The notes under the pieces: model-generated
Database searches by the model: none
What the model saw: only the letters and a program-made list of their open reading frames with translations
What the model was told of the DNA's origin: nothing
Position numbers and translations under genes: made by a program
From: a virus
Lineage: Duplodnaviria > Heunggongvirae > Uroviricota > Caudoviricetes
Length of the DNA stretch: 64,000 nucleotides
IMG/VR virus record: IMGVR_UViG_3300028833_000099
Reading direction: 5' to 3' (one strand)
Part shown: positions 41,010-50,511 of the stretch, piece after piece
Numbering within the stretch: the first letter of the stretch is position 1
Layout: the number at the start of each line of letters is the position of its first letter

Positions 41010-41357
41010 TTACTGAGCGTCAGCAGCATCCTCATCGTCACCACCGAAGAACTCGTCATAAGTTGCCTGAGCAATCTTCAGTTCAACACCAAGCTCGTAG
41101 AGACGAGTCTTAGCATCCTGCAGGTCAGCAGCCCACTTGTTAGGATTCCAACCCTTTACACCAGGGCGCAGAGAATCAGTGGTGTCTGGAGCGAAGTCAG
41201 TCAGACCCTGAATCTGCATTTCAACATTGGTTTTCTCAATCTTGAGCTTGTGGATAATCTCCTCCTGGGCAATCTTTGCCTGAGTGTTAATTTGTGACGC
41301 ACGTGCTACAAGAGCTTTCGAGTCATTCTGACTCATCATCTGTAAAAACTTTCCCAT
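41010..41357 (-). CDS. coiled-coil protein in a GC-rich island
   Basis: 115 aa, GC-rich codons, an acidic C-terminus GGDDEDAADAQ and the same GC-shifted composition as ORF 40307..40915. Confidence 0.45.
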   Translation of the reverse strand: MGKFLQMMSQNDSKALVARASQINTQAKIAQEEIIHKLKIEKTNVEMQIQGLTDFAPDTTDSLRPGVKGWNPNKWAADLQDAKTRLYELGVELKIAQATYDEFFGGDDEDAADAQ

Positions 41358-41439
41358 TTTGTTTAAGTTTTAAAGTTAATAAAAATTGTGAATTGTGAAA
41401 TATTTGTCTGCAACTTTCGTTGCTAGTTTGTTTTTGTTT

Positions 41440-41600
41440 TACATTGCAAAGATATAAATTTTATTTGTAATTTCCAAATTTTTTCGTGTTAAAAACATTT
41501 AAAATTTAAACCTCATTTTGTATATTGTTTTCGTTTCCGAATCACATTGCAAAGATATAGAAAATTTTAGAGACTTCCAAATTTTTTCGTATTAAAAACT
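41440..41600 (-). promoter_or_regulatory. two tandem promoter modules
   Basis: Two copies of CATTGCAAAGATATA...TTCCAAATTTTTTCGT ~100 bp apart, upstream (minus sense) of gene 41010..41357. Confidence 0.55.
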
Positions 41601-41613
41601 GTTAATGTTTTAA

Positions 41614-42231
41614 CTACTTCCTTAAAATCAAAAGGTTACGTTTGTAATCAATAGAAATATCGTCACCTAGTTTTTTTAAAACGCTCATACCTAATAGTAA
41701 AGGAGCGTCTTGCTGTTCCATAACAACGCAAGGTATGTTATTAATCTTTATGCCTCCTACTTCTACCTCATTTATAATGATTGTATAAGACTTTACCGTA
41801 TCTCCATTGGCAATTCTACATTGACCACTCTCTAGAGTTGAATCATTGAGTAATTTTTGCTTTTTTAAGAACAAATACTCAACAACAGAAATAGAAATGT
41901 CGGTAGCACCAGTATCCAATGTCATTATCATCGGTATTCCGTTGATTTTAGTGGGAACAAGGTAGCAATTATTCTCATGCTGTAGTTTGACCGCTAATTT
42001 AAAATCATTTGGAACTTGTTTCAAAACCTTTGTGGTATCAGTCTTCGGTATTGTATCTGATTTGGCAATCTGAACCACTGTGGTCGTGTCTTTCTCGATT
42101 CCTAACGCCTTGGCTTCTAATGTATCATATGCTCTAGGAAATAGTTTAGAGAACGCCCAAATGAATCCCATCACTATTATAACCCCTAAAAAAAGTTTGG
42201 TGATACAACCAGATAATGTTATTTTTTTCAT
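41614..42231 (-). CDS. retropepsin-like aspartic protease with N-terminal TM anchor
   Basis: Active-site motif MTLDTGATDISI (DTGA). Confidence 0.65.
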   Translation of the reverse strand: MKKITLSGCITKLFLGVIIVMGFIWAFSKLFPRAYDTLEAKALGIEKDTTTVVQIAKSDTIPKTDTTKVLKQVPNDFKLAVKLQHENNCYLVPTKINGIPMIMTLDTGATDISISVVEYLFLKKQKLLNDSTLESGQCRIANGDTVKSYTIIINEVEVGGIKINNIPCVVMEQQDAPLLLGMSVLKKLGDDISIDYKRNLLILRK

Positions 42232-42241
42232 AAGTTTTTAT

Positions 42242-43225
42242 TTATTTAGCAAAAGTTTCAAATGCATCATCAACCAATTGCGAAACCATATCTATCTGGT
42301 ATGTCGCTAATTCGCTCCTAAACATTCTTCCACTCATTGTTCTTCTACCTTTCTTTTTCTTAGACACGAAAACTGTTTTACCACCTTTATTATCTTTCGA
42401 TGGTTTAAGCTGCTCGTCTTCAGTAGAATACCCAATATGGGTGAAACCTAAAAATGAACCGTTTTTCTCAATTTTGCAGAGTTCAACATGATTTGCACCA
42501 TATTTAAACTCTCCAGTACGAACCTTAATTTGTTTAATGTACCTTGTTGAGGGGTCTTTAAGACTCATACCAACTGCAAACATTGCATCAAAGAAATTAG
42601 TTAGTTTTTTACTACCACTTAGGCTGTTCTGCGTAAGTGGAGAACCCAAATTCCTTTTTGGCGTGTGCGAGAGAACTAGAATACTCATTCCGTATTTTTT
42701 CTTTAACGTACAGAGATTTTTCATAAGTTTTCCAGCAGTAGTTGCAGTATCTTTCATATTGACAAGCCAACTAAGGTTATCAACAATTATAATTTTTGAA
42801 TTGTATTTGTTAATGTTAGCCTCAATTCCACCAATAAGAACATCATCGAAACTTTCTTTTGTCGCATCACAATAATCTTTGACTGCATCTGAATCAAGTT
42901 CCACTCTAATGAACTTATCACTGAAATTAAAGGTATCCTTTGTTTTCTCGTCAGTATATCTAAGCTCAAACTGTTTTTTACTCAACTCAAAATCGTAGTA
43001 TAAAACAGTCTCACCGTTTTTCACTTTTTCAGCAATGGCATTACCAATCTGAACGGCAAGAATACTCTTACCTACATTTGCGTCAGCAAAAAGGCAACAG
43101 ACCTCATTTTCAAACCAAAACTCTTTCCAAAGTTTCTTGGGGTCTTTCTGCTCTTTCGCTTTAACAATTGTCTCATTGGCACTCATGCCACTGAATATGT
43201 CTGCTAAAGATGGTTTATTTGCCAT
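42242..43225 (-). CDS. RecA-superfamily P-loop ATPase (AAA_25/DnaB-like)
   Basis: Walker A ADANVGKS and Walker B-like IIVDNLSW. Confidence 0.6.
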   Translation of the reverse strand: MANKPSLADIFSGMSANETIVKAKEQKDPKKLWKEFWFENEVCCLFADANVGKSILAVQIGNAIAEKVKNGETVLYYDFELSKKQFELRYTDEKTKDTFNFSDKFIRVELDSDAVKDYCDATKESFDDVLIGGIEANINKYNSKIIIVDNLSWLVNMKDTATTAGKLMKNLCTLKKKYGMSILVLSHTPKRNLGSPLTQNSLSGSKKLTNFFDAMFAVGMSLKDPSTRYIKQIKVRTGEFKYGANHVELCKIEKNGSFLGFTHIGYSTEDEQLKPSKDNKGGKTVFVSKKKKGRRTMSGRMFRSELATYQIDMVSQLVDDAFETFAK

Positions 43226-43518
43226 TACTTTTGTATTAAAGTTAGAGTTATTTCGTTATTATCGTAGTTATAAACCCTATTAATTATTTTCCAATAAATC
43301 CCACCTAATACCACAGTATCGCCTAAATCCAATACTAATGCAGTATTATTAACGTAGAAATACATGTCATGCTTTACAAGTGTCCCACATTTAAGTATTT
43401 CTTTCAATGTGCCATCTGTAAAACCATCTGGACGAGGGAAATTCCCTTTAACGATATATTCCTCAATGAAGTCTCTATCTTCTGAAATATAAAATCTAGT
43501 TCTAGTATAATAATCCAT
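43225..43518 (-). CDS. hypothetical protein
   Basis: Start trimmed to MDYYTRT because the longer ORF runs into the tRNA-like region at 43535-43645. Confidence 0.35.
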   Translation of the reverse strand: MDYYTRTRFYISEDRDFIEEYIVKGNFPRPDGFTDGTLKEILKCGTLVKHDMYFYVNNTALVLDLGDTVVLGGIYWKIINRVYNYDNNEITLTLIQK

Positions 43519-43534
43519 AACGTTTTCTTTTAGA

Positions 43535-43645
43535 GTGCGGTAGAGGAATCGAACCTCTGTATTTGTCCTACCCATAGACGAATCACAATGTGATGGTGGG
43601 CTCGAACCACCTTTCATGAATCCTAACCACTAGATGAACCGCACA
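43535..43645 (-). tRNA. composite tRNA-like element with two T-arms
   Basis: 5' acceptor GTGCGGT plus D-arm, then an internal T-arm-like hairpin GGTGGTTCGAGCCCACC, then a second T-arm AGAGGTTCGATTCCTCT and the matching 3' acceptor ACCGCAC. At ~110 nt this is an interrupted tRNA or fused fragments. Confidence 0.35.
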
Positions 43646-43987
43646 TATAAAAACTGACTGCTAGGGGCAGACCCATTCTAATGTTTATCCCCTCTTAAAG
43701 TTGTACGCCCATAGGTATTATTACGTAATTATCCCCTATTGCTTTCAACGTCCTGTGGTACACCTTACTCAAATTACGTGCTCAACAGTCAGAAAAATTG
43801 TGGTGACTAGAAGAATCGAACTTCTACCAAAATATACGTTATCAGCAAATTTAAATTGCGATGTCTAGGTGTTTCCTAAGTTTATTTAAAGAGCGTTTTA
43901 TACTAGGGTCTTTCGCATTCACTCTCTAGTCTGCCAATAGTTTCATTCTGTAACCGTTTGTCACCAAAGCAAAGAAACTTTATTATT

Positions 43988-44431
43988 TCATGAGTGAAAA
44001 AATGATAAGGCTTTATCATTTTTTATTTCCATATTTTTTGTTTCCATGTTTCCAGAAATAGTAAAATATCTTTTGACCACATCTATATCTGATAAGGATG
44101 GACGAGTAAAACACTCAGTTTTTCCATTATAACATAATATATCCATATTACCAAATTTAGAATGTATTTCTTGTAGGTATTTAATTAAATTTTCAAGGTC
44201 AAAACTTGCGCCATAATTAGTCGTTTTCACCTTTTTCCTCGTATCACGTAATTCCTTATAACAAATATTACTTACTAAAAGTGGGGAAAATGTTTTTTTC
44301 CTTTCATTGGCTTCACCAATGGTGATTTTTTCTTTTTCAACCCCATCTATTATAACACTTACAACTTTTTTATCCATATTCCTAAATGTTTGTACCCCCT
44401 CAAGGAATCGAACCTCGTTCTCCAGCGTCAC
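43988..44431 (-). CDS. hypothetical protein
   Basis: 147-aa ORF. Confidence 0.4.
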   Translation of the reverse strand: MTLENEVRFLEGVQTFRNMDKKVVSVIIDGVEKEKITIGEANERKKTFSPLLVSNICYKELRDTRKKVKTTNYGASFDLENLIKYLQEIHSKFGNMDILCYNGKTECFTRPSLSDIDVVKRYFTISGNMETKNMEIKNDKALSFFHS

Positions 44432-44475
44432 GCTATTGTTGTCCTAACCTTTAGACGAAGGGAGTATAGCGGTGG
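44398..44475 (-). tRNA. tRNA-like element (no clear anticodon stem)
   Basis: T-arm CGAGGTTCGATTCCTTG and a complementary acceptor. Its 3' end overlaps ORF 43988..44431 by ~34 nt, so either the ORF start or this element is wrong. Confidence 0.3.
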
Positions 44476-44667
44476 ATTGATTTTGCTAGCGTTGCTCATT
44501 CCACCTAAAGCAAACAGTTGTACTCAACCAACGAGACGGTTTAGTCCCCCGCAGACTCGAATTCCGACAACCCAGTCAGTTGCTTTAGGGCAACCACTCC
44601 ACAACCTTATGCGTCATGCCATTACGCAATAGAAAAGGGAAGGTTGTGTACCCTTAGTATGTCTAGT

Positions 44668-45492
44668 TTATCGTCTGACATTCCACATTTGACTAGCGTT
44701 ACCACCAACTAGCACATCAATATTAGCGCCTTGTTTTGCAGCAATAGTTTCAATCCACTTAAGACTGATGAAATCTTGTGTACTCAAACCAAGTTCCTCA
44801 CGATATGCCTTATCAGCCTTTGCCCTCTGACGTTCAGCCTTTTCACGAGCCAACTGTACCTCTGCCTCACGCTCTTGAGTCTGCTTTGCTTGCACAGCCT
44901 TTGCAGTCTTGTTCATTTCAGCCAACTGTTCCTTATTAGGCATAGCCTTACCAATGGTAACTTGTTTTACGACAACTGGAAACTCTTTCTCCTTGGACAA
45001 CTTTGCCACATAATCTTGCATCTGCTTAAGCACCTTTGCGTCAATTTCATTGAGGATTGCACGATTACTCATAAGGTCAAAAGGACTATGCTGAGAAATA
45101 TGGTCACGTACCAAGTTGCAGTAATAGTTATACAAGTTAGTATTAAACCAATCTACACCATAATTCTGCAACAGAATAGGAGACTTACCCTTCTCAATCT
45201 GTGTGATGATAATGGTATGGAAATCCAACGGTGTGTTGTCATCAGAGAACAAATCGTCCATATCAACTTGATGTTTGAACGGAACAATTTTAAATGTCTC
45301 AGAAGACGTGCTCCACCAAACCCACGTCAAACCTGTCTGTACTGGAGTCATGTCAATGCCGCCATGCCCAAAAAACCAAGGCTTTTCAATGAGAACTGAT
45401 TCCTCATCAGCCCCTGGACGCACACCATGACAACTTGTCATACTAGCCATTGCTACAACAGCAAGCGAAAATACTACTAAAAATTTCTTCAT
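44668..45492 (-). CDS. SPFH/band-7-like lipoprotein (tentative)
   Basis: Lipoprotein signal ASMTSC. A C-terminal AEVQLAREKAERQRAKADKA coiled coil is typical of HflK/C-like SPFH proteins. Confidence 0.45.
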   Translation of the reverse strand: MKKFLVVFSLAVVAMASMTSCHGVRPGADEESVLIEKPWFFGHGGIDMTPVQTGLTWVWWSTSSETFKIVPFKHQVDMDDLFSDDNTPLDFHTIIITQIEKGKSPILLQNYGVDWFNTNLYNYYCNLVRDHISQHSPFDLMSNRAILNEIDAKVLKQMQDYVAKLSKEKEFPVVVKQVTIGKAMPNKEQLAEMNKTAKAVQAKQTQEREAEVQLAREKAERQRAKADKAYREELGLSTQDFISLKWIETIAAKQGANIDVLVGGNASQMWNVRR

Positions 45493-45521
45493 GTTTTAAT
45501 ATTTAAGTTAATTGTTTAAAA

Positions 45522-45575
45522 TTCGATGCAAAGATATGAAAAAAAATTGGTTTAACCAAATTTGTTAACATCATT
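45522..45575 (-). promoter_or_regulatory. terminator hairpin + promoter module
   Basis: GATGCAAAGATATGAAAAAAAATTGGTTTAACCAAATTTG with the palindrome TTGGTTTAACCAA. Confidence 0.55.
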
Positions 45576-45581
45576 TAAGAA

Positions 45582-45941
45582 CTAATCCTCAGTAATCGTA
45601 TCTACAACCCATTGGATAAATTTATCTTGGAGTTTTGCTGCATCCGCATGGTTAAGATGATAACACCCTTCACTAGTTCCAGTGAGTTTTCTCCAACCAC
45701 GAACCATAATCAGATTACCTTTGATGTATAGCTTGTCTTTCTCTACAGTTACATCTTTTTTATTGTATTTTTCAGATGACTCACCATTGAGAATGTCCAC
45801 AATATTAAACATATGCGATTGCGCAACATCCCCAAACGCTGTAAACGTTTTAGTTCCGTTCTTGCTGAAACCATAAATTTTGAACCCACCAACATAAAAT
45901 GGTGGCATATATACGTCTTTAAACGTTAATTCTTTATTCAT
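45582..45941 (-). CDS. hypothetical protein
   Basis: 119-aa ORF. Confidence 0.4.
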   Translation of the reverse strand: MNKELTFKDVYMPPFYVGGFKIYGFSKNGTKTFTAFGDVAQSHMFNIVDILNGESSEKYNKKDVTVEKDKLYIKGNLIMVRGWRKLTGTSEGCYHLNHADAAKLQDKFIQWVVDTITED

Positions 45942-45959
45942 GCACTATATATTTCTTAG

Positions 45960-46032
45960 TTGCAGAAGATAGATTCGAACTACCGACCTCCCCATTATGC
46001 GTGGGGCGAGCTACCGACTGCTCCACTCTGCG
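45960..46032 (-). tRNA. initiator-like tRNA-Met (CAU)
   Basis: D-arm TGGAGCAGTCGGTAGCTCG is nearly identical to bacterial tRNA-fMet. There is a C1-A72 mismatch, the anticodon loop is CGCATAA and the anticodon stem is G/C-rich. Confidence 0.6.
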
Positions 46033-46138
46033 ATGCTATCTGTTTATATCGTCTATTATAGCAAAGACCTAAGTACCTAGAATGGTATCGAACTTTCAAA
46101 AGGTAATGGCCTGTCACCTAATGACTCTGATACCATCG

Positions 46139-46212
46139 TGGGCCTAGCAAGGCTTGAACTTGCGACCTTCAGATTATGAGTCTGCTGCTCTAACCAACTG
46201 AGCTATAGGCCC
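46139..46212 (-). tRNA. tRNA (CAU; elongator Met or Ile2)
   Basis: Perfect acceptor GGGCCTA/TAGGCCC, D-arm GCTCAGTTGGTTAGAGC, loop CTCATAA, T-arm GCAAGTTCAAGCCTTGC. Confidence 0.7.
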
Positions 46213-46536
46213 TAGTGCCAAAGGAACTTTCAAATTAATTCTATCGCATATACCGTGTTTTACGCCTAGACTATAACACATTTAAGCTAATATCCTTCCG
46301 TTTTAGCGCATATACAAATCCTACGTTAGACTCTCTTTGGCTATATCTTTATTTATTAACCCCAATCATCATCATAGTCTTCATCGTATTCATCAGAAAG
46401 AGATTCATCGCAATCCTCTTCATAATCATCATAAAGGGATTCATCTAGATAATCGTTATACTCCTCAACCATAATTTACAATGTTTTTTGTTTCACAATG
46501 CAAAGATACGGAAAAAAAATGTAATAGCCAAATTTA

Positions 46537-46947
46537 TTAACTTTTTTTACAAATTGTAACTATTCCAATTATCACCAAAATTATAGCGCATAAAATAAAA
46601 ACGATTAAAACGATAGCTGCCATCCCAATAATAGTAACAGATAGTTTTAAAAGATTATTCGCTAAATTTTGAATGAATGCAGCAGTCTTTTTTTCTTTTT
46701 CTATTTTTTCATCTATTTTTTTCTGTTTCTCTATGGAGTCGGTTTTAGATATTATAGGAACTAACTGCAATTTGTCATTTTCATCTATCTTGAGGCCAAT
46801 ATCAACTCGTCCATCATTGAAAATAAGATATTCTTTGCCATTTGCATCTTTTCCCTTTACCCCTTGAAAATAATAGGTATCAGCATATGTAAACAAAGAC
46901 AACGATAACGCAATCACAATTGTCCAAATTTTTTTTTCACCAATCAT
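46537..46947 (-). CDS. membrane protein
   Basis: Signal-like N-terminus and a long C-terminal TM segment. Confidence 0.45.
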   Translation of the reverse strand: MIGEKKIWTIVIALSLSLFTYADTYYFQGVKGKDANGKEYLIFNDGRVDIGLKIDENDKLQLVPIISKTDSIEKQKKIDEKIEKEKKTAAFIQNLANNLLKLSVTIIGMAAIVLIVFILCAIILVIIGIVTICKKS

Positions 46948-46948
46948 A

Positions 46949-47317
46949 TCAGTATTTTTGTTTAGATTGAATTACACCTCTCACACCCCCTCTTGGGTCT
47001 TCGCAATCACCATTATATCTAGGTATAATGTGTATATGGCAATGCATAACGGTTTGTCCAGCAGCCTCGCCACAATTCACCCCTATGTTATAGCCATTTG
47101 GCTGGTATTTAGAATCAAGTATTTCTTTAACGTGGTCAACTGCACCAACTAGAGCACCCAATTCCACTTGGTTTAAATCAAAATATGTTTCACAATGCCT
47201 TTTGGGAATTAATAGGGTATGTCCTTTCGAAACTGGATAACCATCTGAAATAGCCACCCATAAAGAATCTTGATAGATTATTCTATCTTCTTTGATACCA
47301 CAAAATACACAGCCCAT
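46949..47317 (-). CDS. HIT-family hydrolase
   Basis: Histidine triad HCHIHIIPR and upstream HTLLIPKRH. Confidence 0.8.
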   Translation of the reverse strand: MGCVFCGIKEDRIIYQDSLWVAISDGYPVSKGHTLLIPKRHCETYFDLNQVELGALVGAVDHVKEILDSKYQPNGYNIGVNCGEAAGQTVMHCHIHIIPRYNGDCEDPRGGVRGVIQSKQKY

Positions 47318-47817
47318 TATTCTTCAGCAGTAATGCGTTTAACTTCAACTATAAGAGCGTCTAAAGCAGATTCAATTACAGTTTCAATATTTTGACCTCG
47401 CAGACCATCTACTTGTATTTTGCTATATTTAAAATCTACTTTCTTATCTGTCATTGTTGCAATACAAATCCAAACGACATTATGAGTCTCCTCATTAAAG
47501 TCTTCCGTAGGTGATACATTACCAACCACCGCAACACAAATATCTGTATCTAACTTATAAAGACCATTTAAAGCCATTTGGCAAGCCACTTGGGAACTTA
47601 CAAGCCCATTGTTTTTTATTGCGTTAGATGACACATCTAACAGTTTTTCCATGTGAGGCTGGTCAACAACAACTATTGTTCCGCAATAAACTGTATCTAG
47701 TCCACACATACTTGATATGGATGCGCCAAGTAAACCACTAGTACAATGTTCTACTGTGCCAATCGTTAAGTTTGAATTAAGTAACTCTACGCCCAATACC
47801 CTTAATTTATCCTTCAT
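47317..47817 (-). CDS. CinA C-terminal-domain protein (PncC-like NMN deamidase)
   Basis: TVEHCTSGLLGASIS resembles the ESCTGG active-site block of CinA/PncC. Confidence 0.65.
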   Translation of the reverse strand: MKDKLRVLGVELLNSNLTIGTVEHCTSGLLGASISSMCGLDTVYCGTIVVVDQPHMEKLLDVSSNAIKNNGLVSSQVACQMALNGLYKLDTDICVAVVGNVSPTEDFNEETHNVVWICIATMTDKKVDFKYSKIQVDGLRGQNIETVIESALDALIVEVKRITAEE

Positions 47818-47822
47818 ATGTT

Positions 47823-48296
47823 TTATTTTTTATACAATTCTTTTTGGAGAGCAAGCATTTTCTTATCAACGTTTCTACGCTCTTCCCTTAGTCTATTAAT
47901 AACTATATTATATGCATCCTCTTTTTGAAGGTAGATGCATATATCTGCTCTACCCCTATAATACCAATGGTTTCTAATCATCGAAGATTCTCCAACTAGT
48001 TTAGTGGTGTTTCTAGGTGATGGTGTGGTAATACCATTAGGTAATATGAAGTAAGACAAATGTATAATAGTATCATAACCAGTTTGCCTACCTAGTTTAT
48101 CATATTTCATTAATACTAGGCTATTGCCATAACCATTATATCTAACTTTCGCAGTTCTAGGGGTGACTTTGTTTCCACACACCTCATAATACTGAATCAT
48201 TTGTCCGTTTAATTGTTTTAAATCATTAAATGTCATTGCATAATAATTTATAATTTCATTTTGCGCAAATGTATAAAAAAAAATTGAGAAAGACAA
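47823..48296 (-). CDS. hypothetical protein
   Basis: 157-aa ORF. Confidence 0.4.
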   Translation of the reverse strand: MSFSIFFYTFAQNEIINYYAMTFNDLKQLNGQMIQYYEVCGNKVTPRTAKVRYNGYGNSLVLMKYDKLGRQTGYDTIIHLSYFILPNGITTPSPRNTTKLVGESSMIRNHWYYRGRADICIYLQKEDAYNIVINRLREERRNVDKKMLALQKELYKK

Positions 48297-48317
48297 CCAT
48301 CTTCCTCAACTTTAAGC

Positions 48318-48725
48318 TTATTTAACAGTTAGTGCCTTTATTTCTATTTGTCGAGCAACATCCATCATCGTTTCGCTTGTGATGCTGTTTTCAAAATAAG
48401 TATATATCTCTTCTTTACTTTTTAATACAGCACCCTCTTTGTGGTAGACTGTTTTCATGAGAAACCTTTCTCCATATTTCTCATATAATGGGTCAAAACT
48501 TTTGCGAACAACCAATTTTGAAGCCGCCTCAATAGAATCACGCAGTTCATCGGCATCAACTGAATAATACCCCTCAGTATTGTATACTTTCAAGGTGTAT
48601 TCTAGTTTAACGCTATCTTTAAGTGCCTCATAAGTTGTAAATGCACACTGAATGTCTAAACCAGGGGTTTCATTACATGATGCGAGACATACAATCGCTA
48701 AAATTGCTAATAAAATCTTTTTCAT
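48318..48725 (-). CDS. lipoprotein
   Basis: Lipobox CLASC after a signal peptide. Confidence 0.5.
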   Translation of the reverse strand: MKKILLAILAIVCLASCNETPGLDIQCAFTTYEALKDSVKLEYTLKVYNTEGYYSVDADELRDSIEAASKLVVRKSFDPLYEKYGERFLMKTVYHKEGAVLKSKEEIYTYFENSITSETMMDVARQIEIKALTVK

Positions 48726-48744
48726 ACTGTTTATTGTTTTATTG

Positions 48745-48800
48745 ATGCAAAGGTACGAAAAAAAGCTGAACTAGCCAAATAATCAGTTCAACTTTAACAA
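48745..48800 (-). promoter_or_regulatory. terminator hairpin + promoter module
   Basis: GCAAAGGTACGAAAAAAAGCTGAACTAGCCAAATAATCAGTTCAAC. A near-identical module lies at 49422-49478. Confidence 0.55.
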
Positions 48801-48803
48801 TCT

Positions 48804-49385
48804 TTAATCATTTATTAAACATCTTCTCTTTTTGGGCTTATAGTCATATGTGAATTCAAATCTTTTAAGCATTTGGTTGACTGTAAGCATTAAAATATCT
48901 TTAAGTTTGTTTTTAAAGAATTCTTGATAATCTTTATATGGAAAATTTTCTTTTTTTCTTTTCCAGTATTTTGTTTTATGCAGTTTGCTCAAATTAAAAT
49001 AAAAATTATATCCGTCATACATTTCATCCCCTAAAGATATTGTGTTATCGTTATTTATTTTGAAATAAAATGATATAAATGATGTTGGAGAAAAATCGTT
49101 AAAAATTGATTTTGTATTTATTAAGAAACCTTTTTGTTCTTTGCAAAATTTATAATGTCCAAATACATAATTATCATAATAATAATATTTGCTTCCACAA
49201 GGTTTTTCATCCAAAGAACTTGTGAGAATTACGCAGTTATGTAATCCGATAAACTTTAACACTGCTGGTGCTATTGGACTTAATGGAACAAATAAAAGAT
49301 AATCACCAAACATAAAATCTACATAATCAACCCCATAAATTAATTTTTTTTTGTTTTTGTTGTACTCTTCTATAAAATTTGTCAT
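48804..49385 (-). CDS. hypothetical protein
   Basis: 193-aa ORF. Confidence 0.4.
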   Translation of the reverse strand: MTNFIEEYNKNKKKLIYGVDYVDFMFGDYLLFVPLSPIAPAVLKFIGLHNCVILTSSLDEKPCGSKYYYYDNYVFGHYKFCKEQKGFLINTKSIFNDFSPTSFISFYFKINNDNTISLGDEMYDGYNFYFNLSKLHKTKYWKRKKENFPYKDYQEFFKNKLKDILMLTVNQMLKRFEFTYDYKPKKRRCLIND

Positions 49386-49689
49386 AAAAAAATATTTTTA
49401 TTACTATTTTAATTTATAGTGCAAAGGTACGAAAAAAAGTCGAACTAACCAAATAATTAGTCCAACTTTAACAATCTTTAACTTTACACTTGTTTTGCGC
49501 CTTGTTTATCTTAGGTCAATAATATAGAATAGGTTTACCTATACCAACCATAAAGGTATCCTCTTATCCATCAAGGAACTAGGGTAAGGGGCTAATCCTC
49601 GCACCGCATTACTGCTTCACCTACCATTTCTTACGTGGTTTGTGCTGTCTTACCTATTTCAGTACTTCACTTGAGTACACCAGCCGTAG

Positions 49690-49780
49690 TGAGCATAGTA
49701 GGATTCGAACCCACGATGAACTTTCTCAAGCCCATAACGGTTTTAGGGACCGCCACAATCGACCACTCTGCCATATGCCC
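49690..49780 (-). tRNA. type II tRNA with anticodon loop CCCTAAA (CUA), a candidate amber suppressor
   Basis: Acceptor GGGCATA/TATGCTC, Leu/Ser-like D-arm TGGCAGAGTGGTCGA, anticodon stem GCGGT/ACCGT, ~20-nt variable arm and T-arm GTGGGTTCGAATCCTAC. Confidence 0.5.
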
Positions 49781-49789
49781 AGTTAAATA

Positions 49790-50110
49790 TTAAGATTCAG
49801 ATAATCTTTTTAATTTATTATTAAGAACAAGAATCATACCTTCAGCGATTAGTTTCTCATTCTCATAGTGTTTTATTCTTTTTTTCAAAGTTTCAACTAG
49901 TACTTTATTTGCTTCTTCTGTGGTGTCATATACTACACTGCCGTTAATTAGATAATCACCATTTGCTAGGTCTTTCCGTCCAATTTTGAAAATAGGGCGT
50001 TCCCTACCATCATCAATTGGTTTACTAACTACGACACTAGTAGTTATTTCATCATCACCACTTATATATATGGCAGTATCGCCAACATTTAAATCTGCTG
50101 CTTTTTTCAT
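49790..50110 (-). CDS. hypothetical protein
   Basis: 106-aa ORF. Confidence 0.4.
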   Translation of the reverse strand: MKKAADLNVGDTAIYISGDDEITTSVVVSKPIDDGRERPIFKIGRKDLANGDYLINGSVVYDTTEEANKVLVETLKKRIKHYENEKLIAEGMILVLNNKLKRLSES

Positions 50111-50211
50111 AATGCAAATATATGAAAATTATTTTAAATAACAAAATATTTTCAATAGTTTTAACAAAAAAAAGCACTATAAGCTAAAGCCTATAGTACT
50201 TTTATATCGCA

Positions 50212-50511
50212 TCAGTCTTCGGTTACTGTTTTCAAATTTTTAAATAGCTCTTCGTGTCCGAAAACCGCCAAGGCTGTTGTTTTATAGTTTAAATCTGGTT
50301 CTTTAAACTCGGTATAGTCAATGCCATACCCTTCAAGCCTTCTTTTCCACTTATCTACGTCAGCATATAGATAAATCAAATAATCGTTACTCCATTCAAG
50401 GCTATTGGGATGCTCAATCATCCATTGAGCCACTGCATGACCTCCTTGAACACAACCATATACTGGTTTTAACGCTCTATCTACGAGTATGTATAACTTC
50501 TTTTTAATCAT
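50212..50511 (-). CDS. possible PTH2-like peptidyl-tRNA hydrolase (tentative)
   Basis: YILVDRALKPVYGCVQGGHA and TALAVFG resemble PTH2 blocks (V..DL.MGKGK.AAQ..HA, TVLAIGP). This is a weak call. Confidence 0.3.
   Translation of the reverse strand: MIKKKLYILVDRALKPVYGCVQGGHAVAQWMIEHPNSLEWSNDYLIYLYADVDKWKRRLEGYGIDYTEFKEPDLNYKTTALAVFGHEELFKNLKTVTED

Noticed and set aside
43535-43645. Interpreting the 110-nt composite unit as an intron-containing tRNA
   Set aside because: The inserted segment itself folds into a T-arm-like hairpin and is too short for group I/II introns. A fused or duplicated tRNA fragment, or a deliberately engineered tRNA-like RNA, is equally consistent. It is left unresolved.
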